The notes beneath the pieces are model-generated. The model ran no database searches. It saw nothing but the letters and a program-made list of their open reading frames with translations, and was not told where the DNA came from. This document shows, in pieces, positions 1 through 10,666 of a stretch of DNA of 64,000 nucleotides. Position 1 is the stretch's first letter. Every line of letters starts with the position of its first letter. The stretch lies in the sequence record OQ848593.1; one strand, written 5' to 3'. The translations under genes were made by a program, and so were the position numbers. The stretch is from Pseudomonas phage Pa_WF01.

Positions 1-1
1 G

Positions 2-177
2 GTCGCCCGAGGAGCGAGCGCAGCGAGGCCCGCAAGGGATGACCCGTAACCTGACCCCTGACCGGGGGAAATTGAATATTCAATTATTCCTTCCGCCTAT
101 CCACGCATCCACTCCCGTCTCGCTCTGCGGGCCTCGCTGCGCTCGCTCCTCGGCGGACTGCGTTCCTGCGTGGATAG
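2..177. repeat. Overlapping inverted repeats upstream of the tail fibre gene. A 33-bp inverted repeat (2-34 with 126-158, one mismatch) overlaps a second inverted repeat (93-106 with 165-177) and flanks a central 12-bp palindrome TTGAATATTCAA (about 67-82).
   Basis: Seen directly: GTCGCCCGAGGAGCGAGCGCAGCGAGGCCCGCA at 2-34 versus the reverse complement of 126-158; CCGCCTATCCACGC versus GCGTGGATAGGC. The GAGCGCAGCGAGG core recurs near 36768 and, degenerate, near 37585. Confidence 0.7.
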
Positions 178-192
178 GCTGGGGGAGGTTAG

Positions 193-1810
<1,618 letters not shown>

Positions 1811-1814
<4 letters not shown>

Positions 1815-2482
1815 CTTACGGTATTAAACTGACAAACGAAAACAGTGACATCTGCATCGACGAGTTGAATCCCGTCTATGTTGTTGTGTTCGAAGGATCC
1901 TATAAGTATGACAGACCTGGACAAGACTTTATCTACGTGCAGTTCCCTACCCCTATCAGATCCCAGAGCTTGCCAATTTTCTTCGCTAAGCAAGATGGCC
2001 CTCATGGTTTCATGGACTTCACTTGGTTCGGTTCTAACGGTAACTGGACCGGTTGTCGCTTTGTACTGACCAACTTTGCTGGTATGGCTCCTTCGGTGTA
2101 TTCCGGTAAGTACAAGATCGTTGCTGTGCATATGCCAAAGACTGCTGGCTGGGGTATGCAGGTATTTGACGCTGATGGTAATGGCGTATTCGATACTGGC
2201 TACACACCAGCAGTATTCCTTGGTGGTATCCAGAGGTTCTTGCCCTACGGCTACAACCCTAACTTCCCTGGTGGTCGTACACTGGGGAGTTGGTATGCCG
2301 ATGCAACCAAAATCAAGCAGGGTGCCTACTTCCGAGTGGACTTCGGTAACTCAACCTTCAGGCACAATGGTTTTACCATTGGAATGCTTAACGGCCCTAC
2401 GGGTTGGATGTACATCGCTGCTTTCATCAGCGGCAACAAGCCCGGTTACACTATTGACCATCCTTTGTTGGCCATCGAATAA
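1811..2482 (+). CDS. Hypothetical tail-associated protein (223 aa), paralogous to 1515-1814.
   Basis: ATGA overlap at 1811-1814; beta-rich with an aromatic, Gly-rich composition; lies in the fibre cluster. Confidence 0.55.
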
Positions 2483-2520
2483 ACGGTACACTGCACGCTC
2501 CCTTCGAAGAGGATACAACC

Positions 2521-5500
2521 ATGACTACCAAGGTGATCTTCACCTTCCATAACCCGGATGGCAGCCCACAGGCGAACGAGAAGTTCACCGTGCGACTGAC
2601 CCGTCCTGGCATGAGCGATGCAGAGCACTGCGTCGTAATTCCCGAAACCTACGAGATGGTGACCGACGCCAAGGGCGAGTTCACCATGGACTTGGAATCG
2701 TCTACCTCTGCCTACCGCGTCACTGCTATAGGCGATGACGACGAGTACGAGGACGATCCCTGCTCGCAGTACACCTTCACCTTCTACGTGCCGGACTCTG
2801 CTGATCCGGTCTACGTGCAGGAACTGATCCTGATGCCCCCGCCCACGAATCTGCCGTGGGACGAGGAAGCCATGAACAAGATCACCCAGGCTGTCGTCGA
2901 TGCCCGTGAGGCTCGTGACGAAGCTGAAGCTCAGGCTGACCGTGCTGAAGTGCAGGTAGATCTAGCCAAAGCCGAGGTCGTCAAAGCCCAGGATGAGGTA
3001 GTTAAAGCCAAAGCCGAGGTGACCAAGGCTCAGGCTGAAGTGACCAAAGCTGCTCAGCAAGTTGAGCTTGCGAAGGTCGAAGTGGGTAAGGCAGAAGCCT
3101 CTGCTGCTGCGGCCAAGGTCAGCGAGACCAATGCTGCGAATGCCGCTGCTGGTTCTGCCGCCTCGGCAACTGCTGCAACCAACCAAGCCAACCGTGCGAA
3201 GACGGAAGCTGATCGTGCCGAATCACTGGCAAACCAAGTCGCTGAAAAGGTGGAAGGCGGTAACCTGCCTGCACTGGTAGGGATGAACGAAACCTTCACC
3301 TACGAAGGTGGCGAGGACCACTACAACTGGACCCGTACTGGGCCAGTATCTGTGTCTCAGCACATTGGCTACATTCGGGTTGCTAAGACCGATGCCTCCA
3401 GTAACCGGGCTTTCATCCGCAAGTCTGCTGAGTTCCCGGATGGTCACTGGATCGCCTACTTCCGGGTGGCGACCCAGACGGGTACTGCTGACCAGAACCG
3501 TTCGGCACAGATCCGCTTTATCGCTGCCGACGGTAAGGACTACACGGTCTACTTCAACATTAATGCTAGTGGGGTGGTGGAACCGAACACCATCCACATG
3601 CAAGGTAGCGAAGGTAGTACCCGCAATGCTGCAACCATGTTCACTGGTTTGAATACCGAAACTTGGATGGACATGGCAGTAAAGTTCGATGCCGTGAACC
3701 GGCACATTGAACTCTTCCGTCGGATGCCCAATGGCACCTGGCAGAAGGGTGGTGGTCGCTTGATGGTGGATACGATCAAGCCCACGGTTATCGAGATTTC
3801 TTCCATGCCCGTCGCACCCAATGGGTGGTGGATGTATGTGGACTTCATCTCGGTTTGCCGACCTAACCTCATCTGCTACGGCGACAGCATTGCTGCTGGT
3901 CAGAACGAGTATGGGGTAACCCGAGGGAACAACCCCTACAACAACAACCGCAACTGGGCTGGTACCTGGTTCGGCAAGGTTCCGCTCTACGCCACGAACC
4001 GGAACAACCTGGTGCTTGTCCAGGGTGTGGAAGGCCGCCGTACCTGGCAGTACCTCAGCCAGTTGTCGGAGATCTCCAACTCTGGCGTGAAGGTAGTCTT
4101 CATGCATGCCAGCACGAATGACGTGAACGATGCCACCATGACCATGGCCAAGCGTACGTCTGACACCCAAGCCATCATCGACCAGCTTCATGCTGTCGGT
4201 GCTCAGGTGGTGCTGTTCAACTCCATGCAGGGTACCCAGGCGTACAACGATGCCTCGTCCAACACGGTCAAGCTGCGGGACTACACCGACCAGTGGTGGA
4301 ACACCGAACTACCCAAGGTCAATGGTTTGGCCCAGACCCTGGACATCGCCCGTCTCATCGCCAAGGACGGGTACATGGACCCGGATCTCGGTGCGAGTGA
4401 TGGTCTGCACCTGACCAATGCCTCGGCACAGAAAATCGCTGACAAGCTGGGACAGTTCTACTCGAACTCCACTTCCATCAATGGTTTGGCTCCGCTGGAA
4501 AGTCCTGCGTTTACCGGTATTCCTACCGTGCCTACGCAGACTCCTTTCCTGCCTTACGGCAAGCAGATCGCCAACACCGAGTACGTGATCACCTTCATTC
4601 AGGACTGGACCAGCAACTACGGTTACGGTGACCTAACGATACGTAGCAAAACTGGTGCTCAGCTGGCTGCCGGTGGTGTTCGCAGTGGTTATTACTACGT
4701 GCCAGGGGATGCTACTAACCCCTTGCCGGGGAATAATTATGCATTCGTGCACCACATGTCCTACGACACCAACAAGGGTTGGGAACTCTGGAACCACTGC
4801 TACACCGACCGTGTGTACATGCGTCATTCGAACAACCAGGGTGTCTGGCAAACTCCGGTGGAGTTGGTTACCGAGAATTGGATGGAGCGTAATAGCTTCA
4901 TGACCCCACGGGTTACCGCATTCAATCGACTGCCTGTGTTCAACGCTGCTGGATACGAAGGCTTTACTCCGGTGCAGAACTCTGCCAACGGTGGTTGGCG
5001 TAACGTGGCTACAGGTGCAGCTGGTATTGGACTACTTGGTGCGGCTACTGGGGCCAGTGCCTTGAACTACATCGGTGGCATGTCCAAGACTACTGCTAAT
5101 GGGCGAACTGCCAGCAACATGAACGACTTCCCTGATGAATGCGGGTTGTACGGTGTTGGTGTTGAGCCTTGGGCAAACCTACCTCCGGGTGTGGACCGCA
5201 TTAACCCGGTGGGTTCTTCTGTCTACCACCATGTGTATGACGCCAGCACTGCTACGCAGATCTTCATTCCGCGTACTTCGGATATCTGCTATTTCCGTCG
5301 TAAGTCTGGTGGTACCTGGCAGCCTTGGGTACGTTACCTGACCGACTTGCAGTTGGTGGGGACCACTACTGACGATACTGCGGGAAATCCGAACGGGGCC
5401 ATCATGCAGGTCAACGGCAGTGCCGCACTGAACGTCGGTGTTTGCACCCGTTTTGCGGATGGTACTCAAATTGTTCGGGCGTTACTCCAATTGGATTACG

Positions 5501-5763
5501 GTGCAGTAGATATCCTTCAGCGTCAGTTCACTTTCCCCATGTCTTTTGTGGGTAAGCCGGTGGTAACCGCCACCCTGGAACAAGGCACTGTTGCTGACAT
5601 CAACAACATGCCTTTGCAGGCTCTTGGCCCTGTTATGGTTGCCAGTATCTATGCAGGCAACTGCAACGTGCGTGTCATGCGGTCTCAGGGGTATACTGCT
5701 GGTGGATTCGCAGCAGGCTCTAAAATGCTGTGCTCTGTCATCGCAATGGGGTTCTGGAAATAA
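2521..5763 (+). CDS. Tailspike / tail fibre protein (1080 aa) with an N-terminal anchor, a coiled-coil of 11-residue repeats and an internal SGNH/GDSL hydrolase (esterase) domain. This resembles the O-antigen deacetylase tailspike gp63.1 of N4-like phage G7C.
   Basis: SGNH block I CYGDSIAAG (about 3871-3890), block III HASTNDV (about 4105-4125), block V DGLHL (about 4399-4413). Repeat KAEVVKAQDEVVKAKAEVTKAQAEVTKAAQQVELAKVEV (about 2950-3110). Confidence 0.8.
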   Translation: MTTKVIFTFHNPDGSPQANEKFTVRLTRPGMSDAEHCVVIPETYEMVTDAKGEFTMDLESSTSAYRVTAIGDDDEYEDDPCSQYTFTFYVPDSADPVYVQELILMPPPTNLPWDEEAMNKITQAVVDAREARDEAEAQADRAEVQVDLAKAEVVKAQDEVVKAKAEVTKAQAEVTKAAQQVELAKVEVGKAEASAAAAKVSETNAANAAAGSAASATAATNQANRAKTEADRAESLANQVAEKVEGGNLPALVGMNETFTYEGGEDHYNWTRTGPVSVSQHIGYIRVAKTDASSNRAFIRKSAEFPDGHWIAYFRVATQTGTADQNRSAQIRFIAADGKDYTVYFNINASGVVEPNTIHMQGSEGSTRNAATMFTGLNTETWMDMAVKFDAVNRHIELFRRMPNGTWQKGGGRLMVDTIKPTVIEISSMPVAPNGWWMYVDFISVCRPNLICYGDSIAAGQNEYGVTRGNNPYNNNRNWAGTWFGKVPLYATNRNNLVLVQGVEGRRTWQYLSQLSEISNSGVKVVFMHASTNDVNDATMTMAKRTSDTQAIIDQLHAVGAQVVLFNSMQGTQAYNDASSNTVKLRDYTDQWWNTELPKVNGLAQTLDIARLIAKDGYMDPDLGASDGLHLTNASAQKIADKLGQFYSNSTSINGLAPLESPAFTGIPTVPTQTPFLPYGKQIANTEYVITFIQDWTSNYGYGDLTIRSKTGAQLAAGGVRSGYYYVPGDATNPLPGNNYAFVHHMSYDTNKGWELWNHCYTDRVYMRHSNNQGVWQTPVELVTENWMERNSFMTPRVTAFNRLPVFNAAGYEGFTPVQNSANGGWRNVATGAAGIGLLGAATGASALNYIGGMSKTTANGRTASNMNDFPDECGLYGVGVEPWANLPPGVDRINPVGSSVYHHVYDASTATQIFIPRTSDICYFRRKSGGTWQPWVRYLTDLQLVGTTTDDTAGNPNGAIMQVNGSAALNVGVCTRFADGTQIVRALLQLDYGAVDILQRQFTFPMSFVGKPVVTATLEQGTVADINNMPLQALGPVMVASIYAGNCNVRVMRSQGYTAGGFAAGSKMLCSVIAMGFWK

Positions 5764-6215
5764 TGGCATTCATCATCAAGCCTGACATGCAGGTAGATGT
5801 TCCTGGCAAAGAGCGCATCAGTGCGCTCTCTGTCCGAGGTACGGTACTCATTCTGGATGGGCAGGAGCATGACTTTGCTCCTATCTGGGATGGGGGCTAT
5901 CTGCCTCCCGAGGCTTATATCGGGAGAACTCCTTTCCAGGAGATTAAAGTAGTGGACGGGGATGTCTTCGTCCGCTACATCCATCAGGTAACCGTCGAAA
6001 TCCTCGACGCTGAACCTGGCGAAGTGAAACCTTTCAAGGTGACCGAAGATGGTCCCGTGGAGATGCCTTTTGAATACTATCGATTGGGCCTCGGCACTAA
6101 CTCCGAAGGAAGTGGCGATGGGGAAGTACCGGGAAGCACTGAATATGGCCAAGAACCTTCGGGCGAAAGCCTACCAGGAGGAGAGCGAGCCGATTCGGAT
6201 CGAATTGGAAGCTGA
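5763..6215 (+). CDS. Hypothetical protein (150 aa), TAATG-coupled to the tailspike. It may be a fibre assembly or accessory protein. Its C-terminal 98 nt overlap the next ORF in another frame.
   Basis: ATG at 5763 overlaps the tailspike TAA. Third-position GC falls over the last roughly 30 codons. Confidence 0.45.
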   Translation: MAFIIKPDMQVDVPGKERISALSVRGTVLILDGQEHDFAPIWDGGYLPPEAYIGRTPFQEIKVVDGDVFVRYIHQVTVEILDAEPGEVKPFKVTEDGPVEMPFEYYRLGLGTNSEGSGDGEVPGSTEYGQEPSGESLPGGERADSDRIGS

Positions 6216-6312
6216 CGCAATGGACAAGGGCGAGGTAGCTGACCTCACTGCTTGGCTTGAAAAGGTCAAGGAGATCCAAGAACGCTACCCCCTACCGGAG
6301 GAACCGAAATGA
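6118..6312 (+). CDS. Small hydrophilic protein (64 aa), ATGA-coupled to the endolysin gene.
   Basis: SD AGGAAG 6 nt before the ATG at 6118; third-position GC about 70 percent in this frame; stop overlaps the ATG at 6309. Confidence 0.5.
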   Translation: MGKYREALNMAKNLRAKAYQEESEPIRIELEADAMDKGEVADLTAWLEKVKEIQERYPLPEEPK

Positions 6313-6833
6313 CTGCTGACCAGGTATTCAACCAAGTGCTACCGGAAGCCTACAAGCTGCTTCCGGCCAGCATGAACAGTCCAGAGGCCAGCGTGATGTT
6401 GCTGGCCATTGGCTTGCAGGAGTCCCGCTTTGCTTCTCGCAGACAGCTGGTGAACTCCATCAACAGCGAAGGGCGTAAAGTCCTTCTTCCCCTCGGACCG
6501 GCCAAGGGCTACTGGCAGATGGAGAAGGGTGGTGCCGTCAATGGGCTGCTCAACTTCTGGAAGCAAGCCACCAAGGAACTGGTCCACTCGGTCTGTAAGG
6601 CCAGAGGTGTGCCAGCCACCCAAGATGCTGTGTGGGATGCCCTGGAGCATGATGATGTCTTGGCTTGTGCCTTGGCTCGTATCCTGCTCTACACGGACCC
6701 TCACCGTCTACCGCCTATCAAGGCCCAGACTGAAGCGTGGGATCTCTACCTGCGTCAATGGCGTCCTGGCCAGCCCCACGAAGCCACATGGCCGGAACTG
6801 TACCGCAAGGCGGTAAGGGTGGTGACCCAATGA
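6309..6833 (+). CDS. Endolysin, lytic-transglycosylase-like (174 aa).
   Basis: Motif LLAIGLQESRF matches the SLT-type catalytic E-S box; the gene sits immediately upstream of the spanin pair. Confidence 0.55.
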   Translation: MTADQVFNQVLPEAYKLLPASMNSPEASVMLLAIGLQESRFASRRQLVNSINSEGRKVLLPLGPAKGYWQMEKGGAVNGLLNFWKQATKELVHSVCKARGVPATQDAVWDALEHDDVLACALARILLYTDPHRLPPIKAQTEAWDLYLRQWRPGQPHEATWPELYRKAVRVVTQ

Positions 6834-7342
6834 CTATCTCAGCCCGTCAGATCCGGTGGGTAGCAGAGGTGCTGCTCTTCGCCATCATCGCCCTCTACGC
6901 CTACAACAAGGGGTTCGTGAAGGCGGAAACCAAGACCAATGCGGAGTGGGAACTCCGCATGATGCAGGCCGAAAGGACTGCGGAAGAAAACAAAAAGGCC
7001 ATCGAACAGAGTCTGCTCGAAGCCATGAACGAGGTAAAAAAAGATGCTGATGAACAACTGGCTGATCAAGCTTCCCGCATTGCTGCTGCTGATGCTCAGT
7101 CTCGTAGCCTGCGGGAGCAAGTCGCCCGTCTACGTGACGACCTCATCGCCGACGGTGCCAGAGCTACCACTGAGCGGCATGCAAGCAACGCTGCCTCTGT
7201 GGTGCTCGCCGACCTGTACGGAAGCTGTGTCAGCCATCGACAAGAACTCGCAGGAGCGCTTGACCGAAGCCATGCAGCAGGATTGACATGCCAGAAGAGC
7301 TACGCTATTGTGAAGTCACTGGGGCACGCTCCACCCCAGTAG
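6830..7342 (+). CDS. Rz: i-spanin (Rz-like, 170 aa) with an N-terminal transmembrane helix and a periplasmic coiled-coil.
   Basis: ATGA overlap with the endolysin stop; TM segment VAEVLLFAIIALYAY; charged coiled-coil C-terminus; contains an embedded +1-frame lipoprotein gene. Confidence 0.75.
   Translation: MTISARQIRWVAEVLLFAIIALYAYNKGFVKAETKTNAEWELRMMQAERTAEENKKAIEQSLLEAMNEVKKDADEQLADQASRIAAADAQSRSLREQVARLRDDLIADGARATTERHASNAASVVLADLYGSCVSHRQELAGALDRSHAAGLTCQKSYAIVKSLGHAPPQ
7044..7286 (+). CDS. Rz1: o-spanin (Rz1-like outer-membrane lipoprotein, 80 aa) embedded in the +1 frame of the i-spanin gene.
   Basis: Signal peptide MLMNNWLIKLPALLLLMLSLVAC with lipobox LVAC; Pro-rich mature part (PTVPELPL); fully embedded, which is the classic Rz/Rz1 architecture. 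Confidence 0.75.
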   Translation: MLMNNWLIKLPALLLLMLSLVACGSKSPVYVTTSSPTVPELPLSGMQATLPLWCSPTCTEAVSAIDKNSQERLTEAMQQD

Positions 7343-7362
7343 TCTCCTTCGACACCATGCGC

Positions 7363-7396
7363 AACCCCCTTAGACTGCGGTCTTCGGGGGTTTTTT
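7363..7396 (+). terminator. Rho-independent terminator closing the fibre-lysis operon. It is convergent with the minus-strand block.
   Basis: CCCCC-TTAGACTGCGGTCTTC-GGGGG followed by TTTTTT at 7391-7396. Confidence 0.7.
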
Positions 7397-7404
7397 AATG
7401 CCTG

Positions 7405-7962
7405 TCAGAAATCAGGTTCCCAGACCAGTGCACCTTCTTCGTGTCCTTCATTCTCGTGGATACGCTTGTGCTCTGCCAGGATCTGCTGGTCGATATCCCA
7501 GGAACTGGGGATCTCCACCGTAGTGGTATTCAGCATCTCCAGACGCTCGGCTACCTTGGTATCCAAGCGAGTACCCAGAAGGATTGACTGTGCACTATTG
7601 AGATCACGCTCCAGAATGGACAGCTGGCGTTCACGACGACAGATCATGCTGAAGAAGGCAGCTTTCACAGAAGTGCGTGCTCGCTTGGTACTACCGTCTT
7701 TCAGGGCGAGAAAGGCACCGTATCTCTCCTTAGCGAGATCACGGATATCACTGGCAGCAGTGATCTTACGAATGCGTACGACATGCTCCAGTTCCTTGAG
7801 ATCTTCTTCATCCACTACCCAGTAGGCTCGGTCAGTTTCGAGGAAACCAACCCAGGTAGTCTTGAAGAATCTGACCTGCCTTCTGTTGCTATCAGCAACT
7901 GCACGCACATGGTAGAACCGGACTACCTTGGCACTATCGAATATGGGTTCGAACTTAGCCAT
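7405..7962 (-). CDS. Hypothetical protein (185 aa).
   Basis: SD GGGAGGTG upstream of the ATG at 7962; last gene of the minus-strand block. Confidence 0.6.
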   Translation of the reverse strand: MAKFEPIFDSAKVVRFYHVRAVADSNRRQVRFFKTTWVGFLETDRAYWVVDEEDLKELEHVVRIRKITAASDIRDLAKERYGAFLALKDGSTKRARTSVKAAFFSMICRRERQLSILERDLNSAQSILLGTRLDTKVAERLEMLNTTTVEIPSSWDIDQQILAEHKRIHENEGHEEGALVWEPDF

Positions 7963-8146
7963 GCTTCCACACCTCCCGGTCTTTCTCTTCGACCATTGCT
8001 ATGTACTCGTCGAGCACGAACTGAGGATCAACGTTGATCGACTCCAGGTAGTGTCGATACGCATCAGCTTCCAGCACCTTGTCACCGACAGCTGTCGCAA
8101 TGACAGTGTTGGGCAGTTCCAAAACGGTAGTGATTACTTCAGCCAT
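7955..8146 (-). CDS. Hypothetical small acidic protein (63 aa).
   Basis: Internal ATG at 8146 with SD GGAGG (5-nt spacer). The longer track ORF (to 8284) would run through the upstream terminator. Confidence 0.5.
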   Translation of the reverse strand: MAEVITTVLELPNTVIATAVGDKVLEADAYRHYLESINVDPQFVLDEYIAMVEEKDREVWKHG

Positions 8147-8160
8147 GGTTTCCTCCAGGC

Positions 8161-8185
8161 AATAAAAAACCCGCCGAAGCGGGTT
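8161..8185 (-). terminator. Rho-independent terminator on the minus strand.
   Basis: Minus-strand reading ACCCGC-TTCG-GCGGGT followed by TTTTTATT. It lies between the stop at 8196 and the start at 8146. Confidence 0.7.
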
Positions 8186-8195
8186 TCTGGTTGGT

Positions 8196-8570
8196 TTAGT
8201 AGGAGTCCGGGATACCGAATTTCTCCTTGTACTTGAACTCAACCCACTGGAAGATTCGACCTCCCAGGTGGCCGCCAACTGCAATGCAGATTGGCATGGT
8301 CATCCACTCATAGAGCAGATGTTGGATCACGGGATACACGTCGTAGATCAGGTAGCCGACGAGGATCGCTGAGGATAGCTCGGAGACAATCCACACAAAT
8401 TTAGGTGGGTGTCCCTTTGCAATCCTTGAAGTGAGGCTGATCACCCCACTCAATACACTGAGTGCAATCGCACTCAGCACCCCCCAGATGTTAGGGTCGC
8501 TTTTCCAAGGCATTGGTACTCTCCAGCAAAGTTCAAGGCCGTATAGCAGCCAGTTGCCATGATAAAGCAA
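8196..8570 (-). CDS. Small membrane protein (about 105-124 aa, about 3 TM helices). The start may instead be at 8513.
   Basis: Hydrophobic segments VLSAIALSVLSGVISL, WIVSELSSAILVGYLIY and MPICIAVGGHLGG. SD-like sequences precede both 8570 and 8513. Confidence 0.5.
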   Translation of the reverse strand: MLYHGNWLLYGLELCWRVPMPWKSDPNIWGVLSAIALSVLSGVISLTSRIAKGHPPKFVWIVSELSSAILVGYLIYDVYPVIQHLLYEWMTMPICIAVGGHLGGRIFQWVEFKYKEKFGIPDSY

Positions 8571-8596
8571 TCCTTACTGGAACACACGGGTATCCA

Positions 8597-8821
8597 TCAG
8601 GTAGTTGACTTCTTGGTCATCCGACGCCAGATGTCTATCAACAGTGCCAGCGGCCAGAGGAACACGTAGAACATGAAGGTACTGAAGAAACTGAGTGAGA
8701 TGACGATGGGTGGGGTGAAGTAGCGTTGGAATGACTCCTTGGCCGGAACCTTGAAGATGTGGCCGATGGCGATGAAGAACCAAGCAGCGCCTAAAGCCAG
8801 GTACAACAAGTAGTAGTTCAT
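8597..8821 (-). CDS. Small membrane protein (74 aa, 2 TM helices).
   Basis: SD AGGAG 5 nt before the ATG at 8821; two hydrophobic helices. Confidence 0.6.
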   Translation of the reverse strand: MNYYLLYLALGAAWFFIAIGHIFKVPAKESFQRYFTPPIVISLSFFSTFMFYVFLWPLALLIDIWRRMTKKSTT

Positions 8822-8870
8822 GGTTTCTCCTGTGAAAGAAAGAGGGGGGAGTTGCCTCCCCCCTGGTTTA

Positions 8871-10655
8871 TTACTTCAGTGCCTTGGCCAACTTGTCAGC
8901 CGCGTCGCCGGGCATACCGAGAACGGTCCAGCCCTTCTTCTTGGCTTTCTTGAAGTCCAGGCAAGCCTGGGCTTTCGCCTTGTCGCCCTTGCTGTCTACG
9001 AAGGCTTGCCACAGAACCTGACCTTGTTCGACCAGAGTCAGGGCAGTCTTCTTGTCGGACGGCAGGGGTTCACCCTTGGCCTTGAAGGTGTCCCGAACAG
9101 GCTGAGCCACGGGCTTGGCTTCCACCTTGACGGACTTCAGCTTCTTGGCCTTGCGGGCAGGTACACGGCTCTTCGACTTCTTCTCGGCCTTGACCTTGAC
9201 GGGCTTCGGCTCAGCGACCGGCACGTCCTTGGTCAGCGACGGAGCTTCCGGTTCCGGCTTCTTGGTTTCCGTCATGACGGTATCCACCACGTCCAGAACA
9301 TCCACCTTCTCACCCACAACTTCATTGGGAGTAGTCGGAAGCGAGCGGGCTTCAGGTGCGTTCTTCGGAACAGCCGTCTGCACCTTGTTCTTGGTGCTCG
9401 CCGGACCCTTGTGCACCACGATGCTGGAGCCACGGTGACCGGTGATCTCCACATGGTAGGCCGGTTCGCTGTGCTGACCCGACAGAGCAGCTCCCAGCAT
9501 GCGGGAAGCTTCCTTGATGTCGGTCATGCTGCGGTTGGCCTTCAGTGCACGCATGGCTTCGTCCGGCAGTTCGAAGAGGATGTGGTAGGCGCGGACACGC
9601 ATCTTGTTCGCGTCGTAGGACGGGACGGCGATCACGTCTTCCGGGGCCACCTTGGCCAGCACACACACGTTGCCGCTGAAGCTGCCCAGGTACTGACGGC
9701 GAGCCACATGCAAGCCATTAGAGCACTCGTTGCGGCGATCCGGGTCCACGAGGGACTCGTTCATGCACACCAGAGTACTGACGCCTTGCGGCACCTTCTG
9801 CGAGTGGATGTCACGGTAGGAGAACTCCTTGTGGTCATCCGGGCCGCCTTTCAACAGCAGCTTGTAGATCACGATGCAACCATCATCGGCGATGGGGAGA
9901 TCCCCACGTTCGATGAAGCGCATCAGATCTTGCACGCTGTGGCTGCGCTTGGCAGATACGGCACCAGCCCGGCGAAGGAAGTTCTCGATGCCGACAGTGC
10001 TGCCCTTGGCTTTCGACTGAACAGCTGCGGTAAGCTGGGTCTTGAGCTTCTGAGCATCCGGCACGATGGTTCCCTGGTCGGTCACGGCGATGATGGTGTC
10101 ACCTTCGCCCACGTCATCATCCGGGTCTTCCGACTCTACGCCGTCTTCGCTGAGGTTCTCCAGGTCTGCGGAACTGAACTGCGGGGCAGATGCCGGTACA
10201 GCGTGGGCCAGGATGTCATCCACAGCCTTGGCCAGTGCGGGATCCTTGATGGTGACCTTTTCGACCACCTCTTCCACTACACCCTGCCCAGCATCCGCGT
10301 CCGGTGCGCAGTCGCCAGGAACCGCGCCAGCGGTGACGGGAGCGACGGGAGCAGCTGGCTCGGATGCGGAAGCTGCCGAGAAGAACTCTGCGACCTTCTT
10401 CTTCGCCACGCGGAAGAACCGCATGATGCCGCCGGACTTCTTCTCGGCGGCTTCGTAGACGTTGTTGATGACCAGCAGGTCTTCGGAGTAGTCCACTTCA
10501 CCACCCTGGCTCAGGATGGGGACGTACTTCTCGACGAAGATGGCGACACGGGGATCGCCTTGGGGGATACGGATCTGCTCGGCAGACCCTTTCACGTACA
10601 ACGTCAGGTACCTTTCGTCAAGGACAGCACCTACGACAGTTACTTTGTTGCTCAT
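8871..10655 (-). CDS. Large hypothetical protein (594 aa) with a Lys-rich C-terminus. It is putatively rIIB-like, based on its position directly downstream of the rIIA-like gene.
   Basis: Third-position GC is high. C-terminal block KPVKVKAEKKSKSRVPARKAKKLKSVKVEAKPV is histone-H1-like. The rIIB call rests on synteny alone. Confidence 0.4.
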   Translation of the reverse strand: MSNKVTVVGAVLDERYLTLYVKGSAEQIRIPQGDPRVAIFVEKYVPILSQGGEVDYSEDLLVINNVYEAAEKKSGGIMRFFRVAKKKVAEFFSAASASEPAAPVAPVTAGAVPGDCAPDADAGQGVVEEVVEKVTIKDPALAKAVDDILAHAVPASAPQFSSADLENLSEDGVESEDPDDDVGEGDTIIAVTDQGTIVPDAQKLKTQLTAAVQSKAKGSTVGIENFLRRAGAVSAKRSHSVQDLMRFIERGDLPIADDGCIVIYKLLLKGGPDDHKEFSYRDIHSQKVPQGVSTLVCMNESLVDPDRRNECSNGLHVARRQYLGSFSGNVCVLAKVAPEDVIAVPSYDANKMRVRAYHILFELPDEAMRALKANRSMTDIKEASRMLGAALSGQHSEPAYHVEITGHRGSSIVVHKGPASTKNKVQTAVPKNAPEARSLPTTPNEVVGEKVDVLDVVDTVMTETKKPEPEAPSLTKDVPVAEPKPVKVKAEKKSKSRVPARKAKKLKSVKVEAKPVAQPVRDTFKAKGEPLPSDKKTALTLVEQGQVLWQAFVDSKGDKAKAQACLDFKKAKKKGWTVLGMPGDAADKLAKALK

Positions 10656-10666
10656 TGGTTTCTCCT

